From Anaerolineaceae bacterium (GTDB lineage Bacteria; Chloroflexota; Anaerolineae; Aggregatilineales; Phototrophicaceae): a stretch of 64,000 nt of DNA. The notes under the pieces were generated by a model. That model saw only the letters and a program-made list of their open reading frames with translations. It searched no databases and had not been told where the DNA came from. Below, one piece after another: positions 59,362 through 64,000 of this stretch. The stretch lies in assembly GCA_016124855.1 (NCBI GenBank), contig WGMX01000003.1:19765-83764 (forward strand), in the 5' to 3' direction. Position numbers and translations under genes: made by a program. How positions within the stretch are numbered: the first letter of the stretch is position 1; the number at the start of each line of letters is the position of its first letter.

Positions 59362-60132
59362 ATGACTGACCCTGTAAAATTCGGTTCTCGTTACAACTCC
59401 ACCCGTGAAGCATGGGAACATATCTGGGACACAGCCTCAGTCGAGCGCGAGTTGGAACTGATACAAGTCACACGGGCGCAAGCTACCATCAACGCTTATC
59501 TACCTTATCTGAAAAAAGAGGGTATCCACTTAGAGGCCGGAAGTGGGCTAAGCGCGGTGATAATCACCCTGCGAAAATTAGGCTATAACGTCATGGGGTT
59601 GGACTACGCCGAAAATGCGCTCCACACTTCACATGCCTACGATGCATCTTTACCGCTGCTTGTTGGTGACGTTCACGCGCTGCCTCATGCAGCCAATTCG
59701 CTTGATGGATACCTTTCGTTCGGTGTTTTGGAACACTTCGAACATGGGATGCAACCTGCATTAGCCGAAGCTTTCCGCGTCCTCAAACCCGGTGGCATAC
59801 TCGTGCTGACTATTCCGTATCCGAATGTGGTTAACCAATTGGTAGCATGGCGACGCAAACGACAGGGGATTACTGTCCTGAATGATGATGACTTCTACGA
59901 AAGCACTTACACACGCGAATCGCTCACGCATAATGTGAAAGCGATTGGCTTCAAGTTGGAGGCAGTCGTACCGACCAGCCATTCGTATACTTTATGGGGA
60001 TTAGGCGGGCCATTTCGCGCCAAAGGTTACTATCAGACCAGTACTCTGGCTGAGTCCCTTGGTGGACTTCTCAAGCGAGTGCTGCCGTGGCCGTTCAATT
60101 TCATGACACTGGTTGTCGCCCGCAAACCGTAA
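59362..60132 (+). CDS. Class I SAM-dependent methyltransferase
   Basis: LEAGSG, GVLEHF, RVLKPGG. Confidence 0.85.
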   Translation: MTDPVKFGSRYNSTREAWEHIWDTASVERELELIQVTRAQATINAYLPYLKKEGIHLEAGSGLSAVIITLRKLGYNVMGLDYAENALHTSHAYDASLPLLVGDVHALPHAANSLDGYLSFGVLEHFEHGMQPALAEAFRVLKPGGILVLTIPYPNVVNQLVAWRRKRQGITVLNDDDFYESTYTRESLTHNVKAIGFKLEAVVPTSHSYTLWGLGGPFRAKGYYQTSTLAESLGGLLKRVLPWPFNFMTLVVARKP

Positions 60133-60201
60133 GCGCATAGATACTTTCGAATGATTAGTTATGGTAGAATCTGAGCATCCCTTAGGTGAGGATGTTTAGC
60201 T

Positions 60202-61161
60202 ATGTCTCCAATCCGAACCATCAAAAATCAATATCGCGGTATCAATGCTCACCTGCATAGCTATTGGCAGGCTGAACATAAATGGAATCGCTTTCATAAT
60301 GTTCATGTCAGCGATTTGCTTAAATTATTGCGTATCGAGCTTTTACCAATGGGCTATACGGCTTCGATAGAGGACTCGCTTCAAATTCGCCGCATCGGTG
60401 ATGACATCAAGTATCCTAAAGGTGATATTGTCGTCAGTGATCTAGAATTTAGGCGCAGGTCACATATCCCTCTAAATCCTCGAACGACATCATTGGTTAT
60501 CGAAGACCTTCTGGTTAATGAACTCGATGTTGAGCATCCGTACAGCGCTGTGGTTATCCGTGAAAATGTTTCAAATCTCAGCGAACCTATCGCATGGATA
60601 GAACTGCTATCACCAACAAATAAGGGCGATACAAAAGACGCGCGAACTTACTACGCTAAGCGATGGGCATTACTTGAAACTGGAATTGTTTTTGTAGAGC
60701 TGGATTATTTGCACGAAACATCGCCAACATTTGACAATTTGCCAGATTATACGCGAGGGGATCTAAATGCACAGCCGTATAACATTATGATTCTAGATTC
60801 TCGTCTTGATCTACGGCAAGGTCCTGTCGATTTAGAAGAATTTGGGGTCGATATATCTCCTCGCCCGATGACCATTCCGCTTAACGGAAATGACGAGATT
60901 GTTTTTGATTTCGGTGCAGCATATCAAAAAACATTCGAGGATACACGATACGGGTTTGAACCAGAACTTGACTACGCTAATCTGCCTGTCAATTTCGATC
61001 GTTACTCGCGCACTGACCAAGAACGTATTGTTGCACGGATGATCGCGATTCTCAAAGCAGATCAAGCATGTCTTGATCTAGAGGCAAATGCCCCATTTCC
61101 CGTTGAAACACTTTCGCTCGAAGATGGACTAGCACAGCTTCAACAACTAACCGGAAGCTAA
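60202..61161 (+). CDS. DUF4058-family protein (PD-(D/E)xK-like)
   Basis: YRGINAHL...W..FH, IELLSPTNK, FVELDYL, IPL. Confidence 0.75.
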   Translation: MSPIRTIKNQYRGINAHLHSYWQAEHKWNRFHNVHVSDLLKLLRIELLPMGYTASIEDSLQIRRIGDDIKYPKGDIVVSDLEFRRRSHIPLNPRTTSLVIEDLLVNELDVEHPYSAVVIRENVSNLSEPIAWIELLSPTNKGDTKDARTYYAKRWALLETGIVFVELDYLHETSPTFDNLPDYTRGDLNAQPYNIMILDSRLDLRQGPVDLEEFGVDISPRPMTIPLNGNDEIVFDFGAAYQKTFEDTRYGFEPELDYANLPVNFDRYSRTDQERIVARMIAILKADQACLDLEANAPFPVETLSLEDGLAQLQQLTGS

Positions 61162-61940
61162 GCGTCACCCACCATTTCGACGACAATTCCCGCCTGCTGA
61201 AATGGCTGAACTTCAGCGAGTGGGATACCGCCGGTTGTGATAATACGAGCAACATCCCGCGCGGCTGCATAAGTATATGGCGCAACCTTGCCCCACTTAC
61301 TGGCATCCACCGTAATCACTTTGGTGATGCAGCGGCTCATCAGCGCGCGTTTCATTTCGGCTTCGTCGGGGCCGATTTCAGTGATGCCAGCCTCAAACGT
61401 CACGCCCTGCGCGCTAAAAAATCCAACATTCAAATTAATATCGGGCAGTGAAGCTGGATTGCCGACTAACGAAATTGAGTCCCGTCGCAGCGTTCCCCCC
61501 GGCAGCAGCACGCGAATACGGGGCGAATCGAGAAACTGTTGAGCAATTACAAGGCTGTTGGTAACAATCGTCAGGCCATCGTAACGTTTAAGGTAGGGAA
61601 TCATGGCGAAGGTTGTGGTGCTGGAGTCCAAAGCAACACCGTAACCATCCTTGACCAAAGCCGCAGCCGAACGCCCGATTTCATCCTTTTCGCCTTTATG
61701 CTTACGTCGACGGATGTCAAATGAAAGCTCGGCGGCGGTGCTGCTCGGCGCGCGCAGCATTGCTCCACCGTAAGTCCGTTCAAGGATGCCTTCGTCTTCT
61801 AGGGCGCGTAAATCCTGCCGGATAGTGACTTCACTGACGTTGAGTTTTTCACTCAAGGCTTTGACACTCACCCGACCATCGCGCCTTAAATCGTCGAGTA
61901 TAAGCTGGCGGCGTTCCTGCAAAAAAAGCGCATTAATCAT
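61158..61940 (-). CDS. DeoR/GlpR-family regulator
   Basis: VSEVTIRQDL..LE...RTYGGA, LDSSTT, VTNSL. Confidence 0.93.
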   Translation of the reverse strand: MINALFLQERRQLILDDLRRDGRVSVKALSEKLNVSEVTIRQDLRALEDEGILERTYGGAMLRAPSSTAAELSFDIRRRKHKGEKDEIGRSAAALVKDGYGVALDSSTTTFAMIPYLKRYDGLTIVTNSLVIAQQFLDSPRIRVLLPGGTLRRDSISLVGNPASLPDINLNVGFFSAQGVTFEAGITEIGPDEAEMKRALMSRCITKVITVDASKWGKVAPYTYAAARDVARIITTGGIPLAEVQPFQQAGIVVEMVGDA

Positions 61941-62040
61941 TTTGATTCGGCTCTACTTTTAGGTAACATTAATTTGAAAGAGAACGAAAATAAATAAAAC
62001 TTCTCTATTCTACAGAATTTTCATATGAAAGGAAACTTTT

Positions 62041-63255
62041 ATGGATTTTAAAGCCGATTATGATCGTCTGGCAGAAAAATTAACAGCTAAGGGTATCTCT
62101 GTAGACGACGTAAAAGCCAAGCTCAAAGCACAGCATATCGAAACGCCATCTTGGGGTTATGGCAATGGCGGTACTCGCTTCAAAGTGTTTGCGTGGGAAG
62201 GCGCAGCCCGCAACATCTACGAAAAAATTGATGATGCGGCTTACATTCACAAACTCAGTGGGATTGCGCCTTCAATTGCTATCCACATTCCATGGGATAA
62301 AGTCGACGATTATGATGGTTTAGGCGAATATGCCAAGTCAAAAGGCATCGCTATTGGCGCAGTGAACCCCAACTTTTTCCAAGACGACCAATACAAACTT
62401 GGCAGCTTGACCAATCCTTCTCCGGCTATTCGTGAAGAAGCAATGGGACATATGATTGAATGCTGCGAGATCATGGGCAAAACAGGCAGCAAGCTGTTGA
62501 GTCTGTGGTTTGCTGACGGCACGAATTATGCCGGACAAGACAGCATCCGTGAGCGCAAACACCGGCTTGAACAGGGTTTGATGGAAACTACCAAATATTT
62601 ACCCGCTGGCAGCCGTATGTTAATTGAATACAAGTTTTTCGAACCTGCTTTTTATCACACCGATTTGGCGGACTGGGGTATGGCTTATGCGATGGCGCTC
62701 AAGTGCGGCGCACAGGCGCAGGTATTGGTTGATACCGGTCATCATGCTCAAGGTACAAATATCGCTCATATCGTTTCATTCCTATTGGATGAGAGACGGT
62801 TAGGCGGATTTCACTTTAACGCACGCCGTTATGCCGACGACGACTTAATCGTCGGCACGAATAACCCTTATGAATTGTTCGAAATTTATAGCGAGTTGGT
62901 ACAGGCTGGTGATAAGGCTGATGATGTTGCCTATATGATTGACCAGAGCCACAACATTGAACCCAAGTTGGAAGCCATGTTATTGAGCGTCCTCAATTGC
63001 CAGACTGCTTACGCGCGCGCACTGATCGTTGATTACAAAAAGCTAGCCGATTTACAGTTGGCAGGCGACGTTTTAGGCGCGCAGCAAGTGATGGTAGACG
63101 CCTTCGACACGGATATCCGCCCGCTGTTAATGCAGGTGCGTACCGAGAAAGGTCTTGATCCTAATCCACTGGCGGCCTACCGCGCGGATGAGTATGTCAA
63201 GAAGGTAGCTAAAGAACGCGGCATTACGATTTCGGCGGGCAGCGCCTTGCAGTAA
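62041..63255 (+). CDS. rhaI: L-rhamnose isomerase (RhaI type)
   Basis: [53 protein letters not shown]. Confidence 0.9.
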   Translation: MDFKADYDRLAEKLTAKGISVDDVKAKLKAQHIETPSWGYGNGGTRFKVFAWEGAARNIYEKIDDAAYIHKLSGIAPSIAIHIPWDKVDDYDGLGEYAKSKGIAIGAVNPNFFQDDQYKLGSLTNPSPAIREEAMGHMIECCEIMGKTGSKLLSLWFADGTNYAGQDSIRERKHRLEQGLMETTKYLPAGSRMLIEYKFFEPAFYHTDLADWGMAYAMALKCGAQAQVLVDTGHHAQGTNIAHIVSFLLDERRLGGFHFNARRYADDDLIVGTNNPYELFEIYSELVQAGDKADDVAYMIDQSHNIEPKLEAMLLSVLNCQTAYARALIVDYKKLADLQLAGDVLGAQQVMVDAFDTDIRPLLMQVRTEKGLDPNPLAAYRADEYVKKVAKERGITISAGSALQ

Positions 63256-63270
63256 GTCTTCAACAGAAAA

Positions 63271-63302
63271 TCATAGGACGTATGACTGTTTACGTCCTAT
63301 GA
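63271..63302. terminator. Hairpin between convergent genes
   Basis: tcataggacgta...tacgtcctatga. Confidence 0.7.
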
Positions 63303-63307
63303 ACTTT

Positions 63308-63964
63308 TTAGGCTAATCGGTCCACGACTTCCATAGTTATTTCATCCATATGCACGACAACATGATTTGCCAACGCCAACACATCAGACGGCAAATCAAA
63401 GCCTTCGCTGGGCGCGGCGATAATTTTCATACCGGCGTTATGCAGCGCACGAATTCCGTTGCTTGAGTCTTCAATGCCTGCCGAGTTTTGCGGTTGAACG
63501 CCTAATAACCGGAGCGTTTCCAGATATATATCCGGCGCAGGTTTACCATTGGGAACGGCGTCGCCATATACCCGTACTTGTAACAAATTGCCCAGCCCAC
63601 TTTTATCCATCGCGTGGTCAATGACGGCAGTTGGTGAACCCGAAGCCAGTGCCACTTTATAACGCGTAGCCATCCGTTCCACAGCACCGATTGCACCGGC
63701 ACGAAGGGGCAATTGTGCGTCATACTGAGCCAATACGCGACTAATGGTATCGTTGATAATGTCGTCCAATGACCAATTTAAAGCCAAACGATCTTTCATA
63801 ACCTGCGCCCATTCGACCGTGTTACGCCCCATACACGCCCGTTGATCGTCCATCGACCACGGCTTATGGAGGGATGCCGCAAAATCTTCGCGGGCAAACT
63901 TCCAATAAAGTTCCGAATCCATAAGTACGCCATCCATGTCAAAAACAACAGCTTCAATCGGCAT
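63308..63964 (-). CDS. HAD-superfamily phosphatase
   Basis: FDMDGVLMDSE, ASGS, GKPAPDIY, IEDSSNG. Confidence 0.92.
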   Translation of the reverse strand: MPIEAVVFDMDGVLMDSELYWKFAREDFAASLHKPWSMDDQRACMGRNTVEWAQVMKDRLALNWSLDDIINDTISRVLAQYDAQLPLRAGAIGAVERMATRYKVALASGSPTAVIDHAMDKSGLGNLLQVRVYGDAVPNGKPAPDIYLETLRLLGVQPQNSAGIEDSSNGIRALHNAGMKIIAAPSEGFDLPSDVLALANHVVVHMDEITMEVVDRLA

Positions 63965-64000
63965 AATTTTGTATCCTTAAACGTAGAGATGGGAATAACA

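Noticed and set aside
1-64000. tRNA, rRNA or known riboswitch
   Set aside because: None recognised by eye in the intergenic regions; a covariance-model scan would be needed to exclude them.

Overview
A gene-dense, roughly 50% GC bacterial chromosome segment. Gene style suggests Chloroflexota/Anaerolineae (inference: 'AQDAT..' exported proteins, a LysM protein with paired GFGKVW-type repeats, DUF4058, an immune-inhibitor-A-like protease, REP-like hairpins). I saw no rRNA, tRNA, CRISPR array, prophage or IS element. Ordinary content: two-component genes, SDRs, AraC/TetR/MerR/DeoR regulators, Amt, a cyclophilin, a P450, holB, an ECF sigma/anti-sigma pair, topoisomerase IB, glycosyl- and methyltransferases, and L-rhamnose isomerase. 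Five things stand out. (1) At 28890-30992, a NorC-like protein with an extra c-heme domain is paired with an intact, full-length NorB homologue that has lost all six canonical His ligands and the active-site Glu residues, so it is a candidate heme-copper-oxidase-fold pseudoenzyme system. (2) At 33997-36294, a membrane-anchored MauG/MbnH-type diheme enzyme is fused to a parallel beta-helix domain. (3) At 10006-16278, an Arn/Gtr-like lipid-linked glycosylation operon includes an FAD oxidoreductase and an exported dimethylformamidase-fold protein. (4) At 16750-21717, a circularly permuted ATP-grasp/alpha-E/transglutaminase locus is interrupted by dps and a stand-alone SecD-P1 gene, and its transglutaminase ends in a poly-Gln tail. 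(5) A perfect WalR-type direct repeat lies upstream of the LysM gene. All family calls come from recognising motifs by eye and from recalled reference sequences; no searches were run.
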